In this document: piece by piece, positions 46,472 to 56,245 of the stretch | Position numbering within the stretch: the first letter of the stretch is position 1 | How the letters are laid out: each line of letters begins with the position of its first letter | Assembly (NCBI GenBank): GCA_964368835.1 | Contig: CAYJCZ010000003.1 | Location: 64,153-128,152, forward strand | DNA from: an uncultured Candidatus Saccharibacteria bacterium | Lineage (GTDB): Bacteria; Patescibacteriota; Minisyncoccia; Phycocordibacterales; UBA6065 | Direction: 5' to 3' | Length of the DNA stretch: 64,000 nt | Position numbers and translations under genes: made by a program | The notes under the pieces: model-generated | Told to the model about the DNA's origin: nothing | The model's database searches: none | What the model saw: only the letters and a program-made list of their open reading frames with translations

Positions 46472-47329
46472 ATGAATTCCATTCAAACCCTGCTTCCCAA
46501 AGATTACCCTCACTTACTCAAACAAATATCAGGTTTACCTAAACAGCTCTATATAAGAGGAGAAATGCCGAGTGACGAATACACATTCCTTACTATTGTT
46601 GGATCACGTAGGTATACAGAATACGGAAAAGAGGCGGTTGAGATGCTTATAAAGAGCCTTACAGGTCTACCCGTGGTCGTCGTATCAGGTCTCGCGTTTG
46701 GTATAGATGCAATCGCCCACAAAGCGGCCCTGTCGGCGGGATTAAAGACAGTTGCGGTACCCGGATCGGGACTTTCGCCTGACGTACTCTACCCTGCTTC
46801 AAATCATGGACTTGCAAATATGATTGTTGAAGCAGGAGGTGCACTCGTTTCACCGTTTGAAAATGATACTGTCGGTGCGCCGTGGACATTTCCGGTGCGC
46901 AATAGAATTATGGCCGGCATGTCCCACGCAACACTCGTAATTGAGGCTGAAATAAAATCGGGAACACTTATCACTTCTAAACACGCCACGGAATTTAATC
47001 GAAATGTGTTTGCGGTTCCTGGATCAATCTTTTCCAAACAAAGTGCCGGACCACATATGCTTATCAGACTAGGCGCCACACCCATTACTACCGGTGATGA
47101 ACTTATCGAAGCATTAGGATTTAAAATTGAACAAAAGAAAATTACATTTGAGTACAAAGATTTGTCTGCAGATGAGATCAAGGTTCTTACGGTGCTAGAA
47201 AATCCCCTGTCCCGCGAGGAATTAATATTCAAAATGAACTCGGACGCGAGTGCTGTAAATTCCCTTATCTCACTTCTTGAAATTAAGGGTCTAATTCAAG
47301 AAACAATGGGAGAATTCCGCAAGGTTTGA
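46472..47329 (+). CDS. dprA: DNA-processing protein DprA (Smf)
   Basis: Rossmann-like DprA core (VVVVSGLAFGIDAIAHKAAL). Confidence 0.85.
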   Translation: MNSIQTLLPKDYPHLLKQISGLPKQLYIRGEMPSDEYTFLTIVGSRRYTEYGKEAVEMLIKSLTGLPVVVVSGLAFGIDAIAHKAALSAGLKTVAVPGSGLSPDVLYPASNHGLANMIVEAGGALVSPFENDTVGAPWTFPVRNRIMAGMSHATLVIEAEIKSGTLITSKHATEFNRNVFAVPGSIFSKQSAGPHMLIRLGATPITTGDELIEALGFKIEQKKITFEYKDLSADEIKVLTVLENPLSREELIFKMNSDASAVNSLISLLEIKGLIQETMGEFRKV

Positions 47330-47374
47330 CCTGGTGGAAATTTAGTTCATACTATCCCTTAGATTCCTTTCCCC

Positions 47375-47848
47375 ATGGATTACTCACCAGTCCTTTATTG
47401 CATTATCGCAGGACTATTCCTGCTTTGCTTTCGGCAACCCCTCATCAAGCTCTACAACCCATTTTACGGCTCACGGCTCCAAATAGTCATGAAATGTAAG
47501 GGCCGTTGCGGAGACACTATCTATATTTTTCGCTGGCGGCCTTATATCGAGAAAGATGATACCCCTGTTTGGGAGATGGGAAAATGTGATATCAGGTTTG
47601 CTTCTGAACAAGATTTAAAGGATCAAATCAGCAACCCCAAACTCCTCAAAAGCTATTCGATTAGCACGTGGGACGACAACCGGGTGATAACTCTGGAAGT
47701 AAACAACGTCCTGCCACATGAGGTCTACGTAAATCATCGCATTCCGAACAATTCGATGGATCTCTATGCTGGGATTCGGAGTTCTCGTGCACTACAACGA
47801 AAAGAGTTCGGCCCAGCTCCTTCTGCAATTCAAATTAAGGTAGGTTAA
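47375..47848 (+). CDS. hypothetical protein (157 aa)
   Basis: ORF followed by a terminator-like hairpin. Confidence 0.5.
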   Translation: MDYSPVLYCIIAGLFLLCFRQPLIKLYNPFYGSRLQIVMKCKGRCGDTIYIFRWRPYIEKDDTPVWEMGKCDIRFASEQDLKDQISNPKLLKSYSISTWDDNRVITLEVNNVLPHEVYVNHRIPNNSMDLYAGIRSSRALQRKEFGPAPSAIQIKVG

Positions 47849-47946
47849 TCTGCCAGGCCGCGCGTACACGCGCGGCCTTTTTTATTTCATATTTCCACTT
47901 TATTTTAAACAAGAAATTTGCCAAACGTTTTCGCATCATGTAATAC

Positions 47947-50199
47947 TTGGCACAACATATGTCGAAACTTCTTATAGTCGAGTCACCTGCAAAGGCAAAG
48001 ACCATTGGAAAATATTTAGGAAGCGATTACACCGTTGTCGCTTCGATAGGTCACGTCCGCGACTTACCTAAATCAAACAAAAAGGCTATAGACCTCGACG
48101 GTTTCGTTCCTCACTACGAAGTGAGCGTCGGCAAAGAAAAGGTATTAAGTGAAATTGAGCGCCTAGCAAAAAAGTCTTCCGAAGTACTCCTTGCAACCGA
48201 CCCCGACCGAGAAGGTGAAGCAATCGCATGGCACATTGCCGAAGCGGTCAATTTTGGCAAGAAACCTGTAAAGCGTGTTGTTTTCCACGAGATCACCAAG
48301 GACGCTATTATAGAGGCCCTTACACACCCACGAGACATTGATGAAAACCTTCGTCGTGCACAGGAAGCGCGTCGTGTACTCGACAGACTCGTAGGCTATG
48401 ACCTCTCAGGAATTATTTGGAAGAAAGTTCGCTACGGACTTTCTGCTGGTCGTGTGCAGTCTCCAGCTCTACGAATTCTTGTTGAACGTGAACGAGAAAT
48501 CAAAGCTTTCATACCAGAACGCTATTTTACGATTTCCGCTGAAACAACAACGCTTAAGAAAGAGAAATTCCCTCTTATATGTAGCGAAGAGCCAAAGGAA
48601 CAAAAAGAAGCAGAAAGAATTGTTGCTGTCGGCAAAAAGGAATCATGGCAGGTTGTAGGTGTTGAAGAGTCAGAAGCAAAACGATCACCGAAAGCTCCAT
48701 TTACCACATCAACACTGCAGCAGGCAGCTTCAACGCGCCTTGGCTATTCACCTTCACGAACAATGCGTGCAGCTCAGAAACTCTATGAAGCCGGACTCAT
48801 TACATATATGAGAACCGACTCAACCACCCTTTCAAAGCAAGCGCTTGGTCAAATTTCTGATGCTATTGAAAAATCCTTCGGCAAAGATTTAGTAGAGATT
48901 CGTACCTATGCCACAAAATCAAAAAACGCACAGGAAGCACACGAAGCAGTTCGACCAACCAACGCTTTAAAAAAGACAGCAGGAGCAAATCCTGATGAGC
49001 AAAAGCTTTATGAGCTTATTTGGGCTCGAACAGTTGCATCTCAAATGAAAGATGCGCGACTCATGCGAACAAAAATCACAGCAAACGTCGCATCAAAATC
49101 TATTCCTGATTTTCAGGCAAACGGATCTCGAACTATGTTCCAGGGTTGGTTTATGGCTGATTCAGATGCGCGCGGCGAAGATGTTGAATTACCTAAAGTA
49201 AAAGAAGGCGAGAAACTTGATCTCATCGATATTGCTTCTCTTGAAAAGTTCACAGAGCCGCCATCTCGTTACTCTGAAGCAGGTCTTATCAAAGAACTTG
49301 AGGCTCGAGGCATTGGCCGACCTTCAACCTACGCGTCTATTATCAAAACCCTCGAAGATCGTGAATACGTCACAAAAGAAGGCCGCTCACTAAAACCTAC
49401 CGATACTGGTGAAGTGGTTTCATCATTCCTAGAAGACAACCTCGGTGAATACATAAGTGACACCTTTACCGCAGACATGGAAGACAAACTCGACCTCATT
49501 GCTGAAGGTAAAGCTGAATACGCAAAAACTCTCTCTACTTTTTACAAACCGTTCCTCAAGGATGTTAAATCAAAAGAAAAACTCGCCAAGGCAACAACTC
49601 TTGGAGACGCTGATCCAAACATCAAGTGCCCTACCTGCGGCGCTGGAATGATCATAAAACTTGGCCGCTCAGGAAAGTTTCTTTCATGCTCAACATATCC
49701 TGCGTGTAATGGTGCACTCATGCTCGATGGTTCTGAAATGCCAAAAGATAAAGTTATCGGCATACATCCTGAAACCAAATCTGAAATTACGCTTAAAACA
49801 GGAAAATATGGTCCGTACGTGGAAATGGTAATGCCGGAGGAAGCAGTCACAGAGCCCGCTCCTACTGTCGAAGAAAAACCAAAGAAACGAAAATCAAAGA
49901 AAGTACTAAAGCCAAAACTTCGCCGTTCATCTGTGCCAAAGGAAGTTAAACCTGAGGAAGTAACTCTCGCACAAGCGGTACACTTCCTTTCCCTTCCTCG
50001 CCAACTCGGAAATCATCCTGAAACAGGCAAGGTAATTACGGCAAACGTAGGAAGATTTGGTCCATATGTGGTGCATGATGGCGACTTCAGATCTGTAAAA
50101 AAGCCTGATGATGTCTATACAATTAAACTCGATCGAGCATTAGAGATCATAAAAGAACCAAAGAAACCTCGAGGTTTTAGAAAGAAGAAGGCAGAATAA
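47947..50199 (+). CDS. topA: DNA topoisomerase I
   Basis: TOPRIM domain (LLIVESPAKAK, DPDREGE), active-site Tyr region, C-terminal zinc ribbons (CPTCG...). Confidence 0.95.
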   Translation: MAQHMSKLLIVESPAKAKTIGKYLGSDYTVVASIGHVRDLPKSNKKAIDLDGFVPHYEVSVGKEKVLSEIERLAKKSSEVLLATDPDREGEAIAWHIAEAVNFGKKPVKRVVFHEITKDAIIEALTHPRDIDENLRRAQEARRVLDRLVGYDLSGIIWKKVRYGLSAGRVQSPALRILVEREREIKAFIPERYFTISAETTTLKKEKFPLICSEEPKEQKEAERIVAVGKKESWQVVGVEESEAKRSPKAPFTTSTLQQAASTRLGYSPSRTMRAAQKLYEAGLITYMRTDSTTLSKQALGQISDAIEKSFGKDLVEIRTYATKSKNAQEAHEAVRPTNALKKTAGANPDEQKLYELIWARTVASQMKDARLMRTKITANVASKSIPDFQANGSRTMFQGWFMADSDARGEDVELPKVKEGEKLDLIDIASLEKFTEPPSRYSEAGLIKELEARGIGRPSTYASIIKTLEDREYVTKEGRSLKPTDTGEVVSSFLEDNLGEYISDTFTADMEDKLDLIAEGKAEYAKTLSTFYKPFLKDVKSKEKLAKATTLGDADPNIKCPTCGAGMIIKLGRSGKFLSCSTYPACNGALMLDGSEMPKDKVIGIHPETKSEITLKTGKYGPYVEMVMPEEAVTEPAPTVEEKPKKRKSKKVLKPKLRRSSVPKEVKPEEVTLAQAVHFLSLPRQLGNHPETGKVITANVGRFGPYVVHDGDFRSVKKPDDVYTIKLDRALEIIKEPKKPRGFRKKKAE

Positions 50200-50230
50200 A
50201 AAAATCGCTCCACTAGGAGCGATTTTTTTA
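50197..50230. terminator. bidirectional terminator between topA and parB
   Basis: aaaaaaatcgctccactaggagcgattttttt. Confidence 0.7.
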
Positions 50231-51226
50231 TAGTGAGAAGTTTTTTATCGAATAGAGATCCTCAGATTTCTCGTCTTCTTTCTTTTCTTCCTTTGATCGA
50301 TCATCAACAGGTGCGATTTGCGCCGGTGAAGCTTCCTCGGAAGTCGTCTTTGATTCAATCACCTGTTCTACCGCTGAAACAACATCAACACCTTTTTCTT
50401 TATTCCCTACAATATTCATTATTGCTTTCAAATCTTCCGGAGAAAAGAAATCGATTGTGATTTTGCCCCCTTTTTGCTTTTGCTCAATAGAAACTCGAGT
50501 ACCAAACGTCTCAGACAATTTCTGTTCGATCTCCAAAATCTCTGGATCGAAAGCTCGTTCCTTCTTTCGTGCTTTCTCAACAGCAATCTTTCGAGCGATC
50601 ATTTCTGTTTCTCGCACAGTCAGTCGCTTGAACATGATTTCCTTAAACAAAGTCGACTGTTCTTCTGGTCTGTCGCAGAGCATGAGGAGCGGTCGCGCAT
50701 GACCTTCAGAAATTTTGCCAGCTGATAGCGCTTCTAGAATATCTGACGGAAGTGCAAGCAATCGAATACAGTTAGACACATACTCTCGTGACTTTCCAAT
50801 TTTTTGCGCAATTTGAATATGCTTTAAACCAAACTCTGCAGACAGCTGGTTAAATGATCGAGCTCGCTCAACAGGATTTAGGTCCTCTCGCTGAAGGTTC
50901 TCAATGATCGCAAGCTCAAGCTTTACCCGAGCGTCGTCGGTATTTGCGCGGATGATCGCTGGAACCTGTTGAAGTCCAAGAAGCTTTGATGCTCGCAGAC
51001 GTCGCTCTCCTGAAATGAGCTCATACTCAACAGCCATACCACCATCTTCTTTTTGAAGCTCGGTTCGAGTAACAACAAGTGGCTGCAGAAGCCCGTACAT
51101 ACGAATGGACTCTGAAAGATCACGAAGCGCGCCCTCGTCGAATTCGCGTCGCGGCTGATAAGGGTTTGGGTGAATTTTGTCGGTATCGATCCAAAAAATG
51201 GAGTCGCCGAAGAATTGAGATGACAT
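50228..51226 (-). CDS. parB: ParB/Spo0J chromosome-partitioning protein
   Basis: ParB box GERRLRA and an HTH. No adjacent parA. Confidence 0.9.
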   Translation of the reverse strand: MSSQFFGDSIFWIDTDKIHPNPYQPRREFDEGALRDLSESIRMYGLLQPLVVTRTELQKEDGGMAVEYELISGERRLRASKLLGLQQVPAIIRANTDDARVKLELAIIENLQREDLNPVERARSFNQLSAEFGLKHIQIAQKIGKSREYVSNCIRLLALPSDILEALSAGKISEGHARPLLMLCDRPEEQSTLFKEIMFKRLTVRETEMIARKIAVEKARKKERAFDPEILEIEQKLSETFGTRVSIEQKQKGGKITIDFFSPEDLKAIMNIVGNKEKGVDVVSAVEQVIESKTTSEEASPAQIAPVDDRSKEEKKEDEKSEDLYSIKNFSL

Positions 51227-51293
51227 GGATTGATTTTATCATATCGTTTAAAAAATTGAGAAAAAGGCATTTTTAGTGTAGATTCTAGCAATC

Positions 51294-51375
51294 GCCGGAG
51301 TGGTGGAATGGCAGACACGCGCGACTCAAAATCGCGTACCGAAAGGTGTGTGGGTTCAAGTCCCACCTCCGGCAC
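51294..51375 (+). tRNA. tRNA-Leu (anticodon CAA), long variable arm
   Basis: Acceptor stem gccggag/ctccggc, anticodon loop cuCAAaa, variable arm accgaaaggtgtgt. No encoded CCA. Confidence 0.8.
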
Positions 51376-51399
51376 AATAATCTTCGTAATCAAAAGTCC

Positions 51400-52293
51400 G
51401 TGAAGAAGCTACCCAAAATAGTAGTCGTCTGTGGCCCTACCGCTACAGGTAAAAGTGACCTTGCTGTAAAACTCGCACAAAAATATAACGGCGAGGTAAT
51501 TTCTGCTGATTCAAGACAAGTGTATAAAGGACTTGATATTGGCTCAGGAAAAATTACCGAAGATGAAATGAGCGGAATCGAACATCACTTGCTTGATGTC
51601 GTTTCTCCAAAAAAAGTGTACACCGTAGAGAACTTCAAAAAAGACGGGAAAGCTGTCATCGATGACATTATTTCTCGCGGAAAGCTCCCTATCATTTGTG
51701 GTGGAACAGGATTTTATGTTGACGCGCTCGTTTTTGATGAACAATTTCCTGAAGTCCCTCCCAATAAAAAACTTAGGGATGCTCTTGCAAAAAAATCAGT
51801 GGAGAGCCTCATGCAAGAAATAACCAAGCTTGATCCCCGCCGCGCAAAAGCTCTTGATCCATACAATAAAGTAAGAATCATCCGCGCTATAGAAATTGCC
51901 CGGGCACTTGGTAAGGTTCCACGTGCCAAACAACGTAAACAGTATGAAACTCTGTTTATCGGCCTTACAACCTCGCGTGAAAACCTGCGAAACAGAATAC
52001 ATATGCGACTCCTTAAAAGAATCGATGCGGGCATGATTGATGAAGTAAAAAAGCTTCGCAAACAGGGCATCACATGGAAAAGACTTCACTCACTTGGTCT
52101 TGAGTATCGATACATTGGTTTGCATCTACAAAAAAAGCTTTCGAAGGAAGAGATGCTTTTCAAACTTGAATGGGATATTTTCCATTTCTCAAAACGCCAA
52201 ACGATGTGGTTTAAAAGAAACAAAGACATCAATTGGTTTGAGTTGGACGAATACACAAAAGTTGAGAAAGTAGCGCAAAAGTTTTTGAAATAA
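51400..52293 (+). CDS. miaA: tRNA dimethylallyltransferase
   Basis: P-loop GPTATGKS and the MiaA motifs. Start moved to the GTG at 51400 so that the CDS does not overlap the tRNA (listed ORF start 51346 lies inside tRNA-Leu). Confidence 0.85.
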   Translation: MKKLPKIVVVCGPTATGKSDLAVKLAQKYNGEVISADSRQVYKGLDIGSGKITEDEMSGIEHHLLDVVSPKKVYTVENFKKDGKAVIDDIISRGKLPIICGGTGFYVDALVFDEQFPEVPPNKKLRDALAKKSVESLMQEITKLDPRRAKALDPYNKVRIIRAIEIARALGKVPRAKQRKQYETLFIGLTTSRENLRNRIHMRLLKRIDAGMIDEVKKLRKQGITWKRLHSLGLEYRYIGLHLQKKLSKEEMLFKLEWDIFHFSKRQTMWFKRNKDINWFELDEYTKVEKVAQKFLK

Positions 52294-52304
52294 AAAAACC
52301 CGAC

Positions 52305-52820
52305 CTATGTCGAGTTTGAGACCTTGGCGAATGCATAAATCTTTTTGCCTTCAACTCGCTCTCGCGAGTTAATGACAGCAAGAGTGACGTTGCCTGGTGC
52401 AGGTTTGATTATTTTCCAAAAGAATTCCTCACGGTTAAACCTGGTCGTTGATCCGATTACAATCGGCCTTGTAATGACAGTGACCGGGGTAAAATCATTA
52501 CCCTTTGCGAGCGCAAGAAACGGCCCTGCAGCAAGATCTAAATGAGTTAGGCCTGAAGAATAGGCTTTAGCCAGAAAGCCTGCGTCCAGATAACAGGTCA
52601 TTCGAGAGTACACCTCGACAAGTACCACCGTGGCAGATCTTTTCGTAAGAGTCAGCCTCGTGCCTTTGGCCCCGCTGAAATAACTCCCAGCAAAATTATT
52701 AACCTTTCCTTGATTAAGGAGACGTTCGATAGTTACCACATCGAACTCACCGGTTTCCAGATTTACTTCGCACAATGGTTGAAAGTAAACCAAGTCATAG
52801 TCCATTGCTGTTTTAGGCAT
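52305..52820 (-). CDS. hypothetical protein (171 aa)
   Basis: ORF only. Confidence 0.5.
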   Translation of the reverse strand: MPKTAMDYDLVYFQPLCEVNLETGEFDVVTIERLLNQGKVNNFAGSYFSGAKGTRLTLTKRSATVVLVEVYSRMTCYLDAGFLAKAYSSGLTHLDLAAGPFLALAKGNDFTPVTVITRPIVIGSTTRFNREEFFWKIIKPAPGNVTLAVINSRERVEGKKIYAFAKVSNST

Positions 52821-52879
52821 AAGTACAGGTTATTTGAGTTTCTGTTGTGAATTATCCACACAAACACCTGTGGGTCAAC

Positions 52880-54034
52880 CTACTTTTCCTTCTTTCTTTT
52901 TAAGTACTTTTTGCCGACGAGTTTGTCAGGCAAATAGCTTTCGTTGTCATACTTTTTATATCCCTTTCCGTAACCAAGATTTTTCATCAGTTTCGTTGGT
53001 GCGTTTCTGATTTTCAGAGGGATCGGTAAATTACCGAATTTTTCTACATCGGCTATTGCTTCAAAATATCCATCATGAGAAGACCTGTCTTTAGCCGCCA
53101 ACGCAAGATACGTCACTCCATGCGCGAGATTGATTCCCGCTTCGGGTAGCCCAATATTTTCAACTGCTGTAAAGACCGCATTCGCCACCACAAGCGCGGT
53201 CGGTTGAGCAAGACCAATATCTTCCGAAGCAAATATCACCATTCGGCGCGCAATAAACTTTGGATCCTCACCTCCCTTTACCATGCGTGCCAAATAATAG
53301 AGCGCCGCATCAGCATCTCCTGTGCGCATGCTTTTTATAAACGCAGAAATCGTATCGTAGTGCTCCTCCCCTTTTTTATCAAAGCGTATAAAAACCTGCT
53401 CGTATGAAACTTTTAGATTATCAAGAGTTACAGAGCCGTATAATTTTTTAGCATTCTCGACTGCTGTTAAAGCCATTCGAGCATCGCCATTTGCCATAGT
53501 TGAAAGCCATTCAAGTGAATCCTTTGGTATCTTGATCTTGGTTCGTTTAAGAATTTGAACAATCTCCTCTTTGGTCAAACTTTTGAGCACAAACACTCTG
53601 CATCGTGACAGAAGCGCAGATATTACTTCAAAACTTGGATTCTCGGTTGTTGCGCCAATAAGCGTCAATCGACCACTTTCAACAAAAGGAAGCAAGAAAT
53701 CCTGCTGCGCTTTATTGAAACGATGGATTTCATCTAAAAACAGCACTTTGGGCCTCTGATCGAGAAGCGTCGAATCATCAATGATCTTCTTGATATCATC
53801 CTTGCCCGCATTGACCGCTGAAAGCTCGTAGAAACGCGCATTAACAGCATTTGCGTATATTCGTGCAAGAGTGGTCTTTCCCACTCCTGGTGGGCCCCAC
53901 AGAATAAATGAAAAGAGGTGCTTGTCATCGACAGCTTTACGTAGAGGCTTTCCTTCTCCGACCAACTCTTCCTGACCAACAAATTGATCAAGTGCCTTTG
54001 GCCGTATTCTATGTGCGAGCGGCTCTGATTCCAT
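52880..54034 (-). CDS. rarA: replication-associated recombination protein A (AAA+ ATPase)
   Basis: Walker [10 protein letters not shown], Walker B LFLDEIHR, and the RarA C-terminal region. Start set at Met36 (listed ORF start 54139). Confidence 0.85.
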   Translation of the reverse strand: MESEPLAHRIRPKALDQFVGQEELVGEGKPLRKAVDDKHLFSFILWGPPGVGKTTLARIYANAVNARFYELSAVNAGKDDIKKIIDDSTLLDQRPKVLFLDEIHRFNKAQQDFLLPFVESGRLTLIGATTENPSFEVISALLSRCRVFVLKSLTKEEIVQILKRTKIKIPKDSLEWLSTMANGDARMALTAVENAKKLYGSVTLDNLKVSYEQVFIRFDKKGEEHYDTISAFIKSMRTGDADAALYYLARMVKGGEDPKFIARRMVIFASEDIGLAQPTALVVANAVFTAVENIGLPEAGINLAHGVTYLALAAKDRSSHDGYFEAIADVEKFGNLPIPLKIRNAPTKLMKNLGYGKGYKKYDNESYLPDKLVGKKYLKRKKEK

Positions 54035-54107
54035 AAGGTAAGTATATTCCAATAGGATCCTAGCGAAATTCCAATTAAGGCGAATGTATGTTATAAAAGT
54101 TCGTACA

Positions 54108-54179
54108 GGGCCTGTAGTTTCAATGGTAAAACATCGCACTCCAAACGCGAGGTTCCCCGTTCGAGTCGGGGCGGGCCCG
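54108..54179 (+). tRNA. tRNA-Trp (anticodon CCA)
   Basis: Acceptor stem gggcctg/cgggccc with a T-G wobble, anticodon loop cuCCAaa, T-loop ttcgagt. Confidence 0.8.
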
Positions 54180-54185
54180 CATAAA

Positions 54186-54214
54186 AAAAGCCACCTCTAA
54201 CGGTGGCTTCATGC
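54186..54214 (-). terminator. minus-strand terminator
   Basis: Minus strand reads aagccaccgttagaggtggcttttttt. Confidence 0.6.
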
Positions 54215-54221
54215 TGACAGA

Positions 54222-54590
54222 TCACTTTTCCTGCAGGAGTTCGTCCACGGCGGCATCAAATGCTTCTTCGCGGTATCCCGGCTTCTTGCTCATCTCACCC
54301 CTCAGAGTCCACACTTGGATTGAAACGTCGCCTGACAACAGTTTGTCAGCGACCCTACGGATTGTCTTCCAAAACATCCGAACGAGCGCTTCCTCAGAGC
54401 GAGCCAAGTCGTCTCTCCTTGCTTCCACCTCAGCTTTTTCCCGAAGCTTCTTAAGCCACTTCACATGCTTTGCGCTGGGCGATAATTGAATTCTCGGTGA
54501 ATTCGCATTCGGCTTGGCGATAATAAAACAGTGTTTTGGGATACTGATTTTGGGATATTTCATTTCGATCACTCTCGTTTCCACCCGCAC
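54222..54590 (-). CDS. hypothetical protein (122 aa)
   Basis: ORF followed by a terminator. Confidence 0.45.
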   Translation of the reverse strand: MRVETRVIEMKYPKISIPKHCFIIAKPNANSPRIQLSPSAKHVKWLKKLREKAEVEARRDDLARSEEALVRMFWKTIRRVADKLLSGDVSIQVWTLRGEMSKKPGYREEAFDAAVDELLQEK

Positions 54591-54679
54591 AACATGTACG
54601 AGTTCTATATACCTTTTTATGCTTTTTTAAGAATTTGTCAAAGCAAAAACCGCCGATCGTTTGATCTGGCGGTTTTTGA

Positions 54680-54835
54680 TTACTTCTTTGCTTCCTTAAA
54701 CGTGATGTGTTTTCGAAGCTTTTTTGAGTATTTCTTGAGCTCAATCTTGCGTTCCACCTTTCGCTTATTCTTGCGGGTGTAATAGACCTCTCCGGTCTCT
54801 TTATTTCTTAGAATTATTAGTTGATCCTGTGACAT
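54680..54835 (-). CDS. rpmG: 50S ribosomal protein L33
   Basis: Unlisted 51 aa minus-strand ORF MSQDQLIILRNKETGEVYYTRKNKRKVERKIELKKYSKKLRKHITFKEAKK. Typical L33 length and basic composition. Confidence 0.75.
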   Translation of the reverse strand: MSQDQLIILRNKETGEVYYTRKNKRKVERKIELKKYSKKLRKHITFKEAKK

Positions 54836-54903
54836 GGCGTTTCTTTTATCTGACCTTAAAGTTGTACGAAGGATACTATCACAGGGTCTCTAAAAGGGCA
54901 AAT

Positions 54904-56031
54904 CTAGGCGCTAATACGCGGTATAAGGGGGTTTATACGGGTCAAAACCTCATAATTGATGGTTCCCCCGGCTTGGGCCACTTCTTCAGCAGAAAGGGTC
55001 TCTTTATCCTGAACGCCAATAAGTACCACTTCATCCCCCTGCTCTACACTTGGCACACCCGTTACATCGATAATGGTCATATCCATAGATACTCGCCCGA
55101 TAATAGGCACTTTCTTTCCTTTAACCAACACAGCACCCACATTCGAAAGGCTGCGTGGGAGTCCATGCCAATATCCGACAGGAATAATTGCAATTCTTGA
55201 ATCCTTTGAAACTTCATGTGTGAGGTCATAACCGATTTTCGATCCCTTTGAGACAAGTTTCACCTCGCTTACAATCGTTTTCCATGTAAGGGCTGGAATA
55301 AGTGTAGTTTCCTTTGCCCATTTTTTAATTTCAGGAGAAGGCCAAATTCCATACAAAGAAATTCCTGTTCGCGACATATCAAAATGAAATTTCTTTGAAA
55401 AAAGAATACCTGAGCTTGCAGATGCATGTGTAATCGGAGTAAATCCTTTTGCTTTAAGTTTTTCGACGACACTTCTAAACATTTCTGCCTGCATTTTCGA
55501 ATAATCCTCTCGAAGTGGATCTTCCATCACCGCAAAATGGGTGTAAGCGCCCTCAACTACTGCTGGAAAATTCTTGGCAGTTAATATACGAATCATTTGC
55601 TGGATTTGCGAATCCGGTATTCCCTGTCTGTGTAGACCTGTATCAAATTTCAAGTGGATCGGAAGCCTCTTTTTAAGCTTTGTCTTTGAAAGCGTCTGCA
55701 ATGAATCTAGTGATGAGATTGTAAGGGAGATCTTTTTTTCAGATGCGACTTTATAAAATTCAGGAAGCGTATATCCCAAAACAAGAATCGGTACTTTAAT
55801 TTTATTTTTCCTAATTTCGAGTGCTTCTGTGATTTCATCGACCGCAAGCCATGTTGCACCGCCCTTTATTGCCGCCTTTGCAGATGCGATCATGCCGTGA
55901 CCATATGCATTTGATTTTACGACAGCCATCATCAAGACCTCCTGTGAAAGAAGGCTTTTGAGCGTCCGAGCATTTTGCTCAATCGCCTTTGAATTGATTT
56001 CCACCCATGTGCGCAATGAAATTTTCTTCAT
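54904..56031 (-). CDS. alr: alanine racemase
   Basis: PLP-lysine motif (AVVKSNAYGHG) and the alanine racemase fold layout. Confidence 0.9.
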   Translation of the reverse strand: MKKISLRTWVEINSKAIEQNARTLKSLLSQEVLMMAVVKSNAYGHGMIASAKAAIKGGATWLAVDEITEALEIRKNKIKVPILVLGYTLPEFYKVASEKKISLTISSLDSLQTLSKTKLKKRLPIHLKFDTGLHRQGIPDSQIQQMIRILTAKNFPAVVEGAYTHFAVMEDPLREDYSKMQAEMFRSVVEKLKAKGFTPITHASASSGILFSKKFHFDMSRTGISLYGIWPSPEIKKWAKETTLIPALTWKTIVSEVKLVSKGSKIGYDLTHEVSKDSRIAIIPVGYWHGLPRSLSNVGAVLVKGKKVPIIGRVSMDMTIIDVTGVPSVEQGDEVVLIGVQDKETLSAEEVAQAGGTINYEVLTRINPLIPRISA

Positions 56032-56117
56032 AGATACAAAGAATAGTACCAGCTTCCTGCAGATAATAGAAACTTGTTATAAAGGAAAAATCTGATAAAG
56101 TGGTGAGGTTCTCCGAT

Positions 56118-56204
56118 GCGTAGATGGCAGAGCGGTCAAATGCAGGTGACTGTAAATCACCCGACCATTGGTCTACGGGGGTTCGAATCCCTCTCTACGC
56201 ACCA
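56118..56204 (+). tRNA. tRNA-Tyr (anticodon GTA), long variable arm
   Basis: Acceptor stem gcgtaga/tctacgc, anticodon loop cuGUAaa, CCA encoded. Confidence 0.85.
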
Positions 56205-56220
56205 AAATACAAACAACAAA

Positions 56221-56244
56221 AAACCGGCCTAGGCCGGTTTTTTG
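56221..56244. terminator. bidirectional terminator (tRNA-Tyr / clpB)
   Basis: aaaaccggcctaggccggtttttt. Confidence 0.75.
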
Positions 56245-56245
56245 T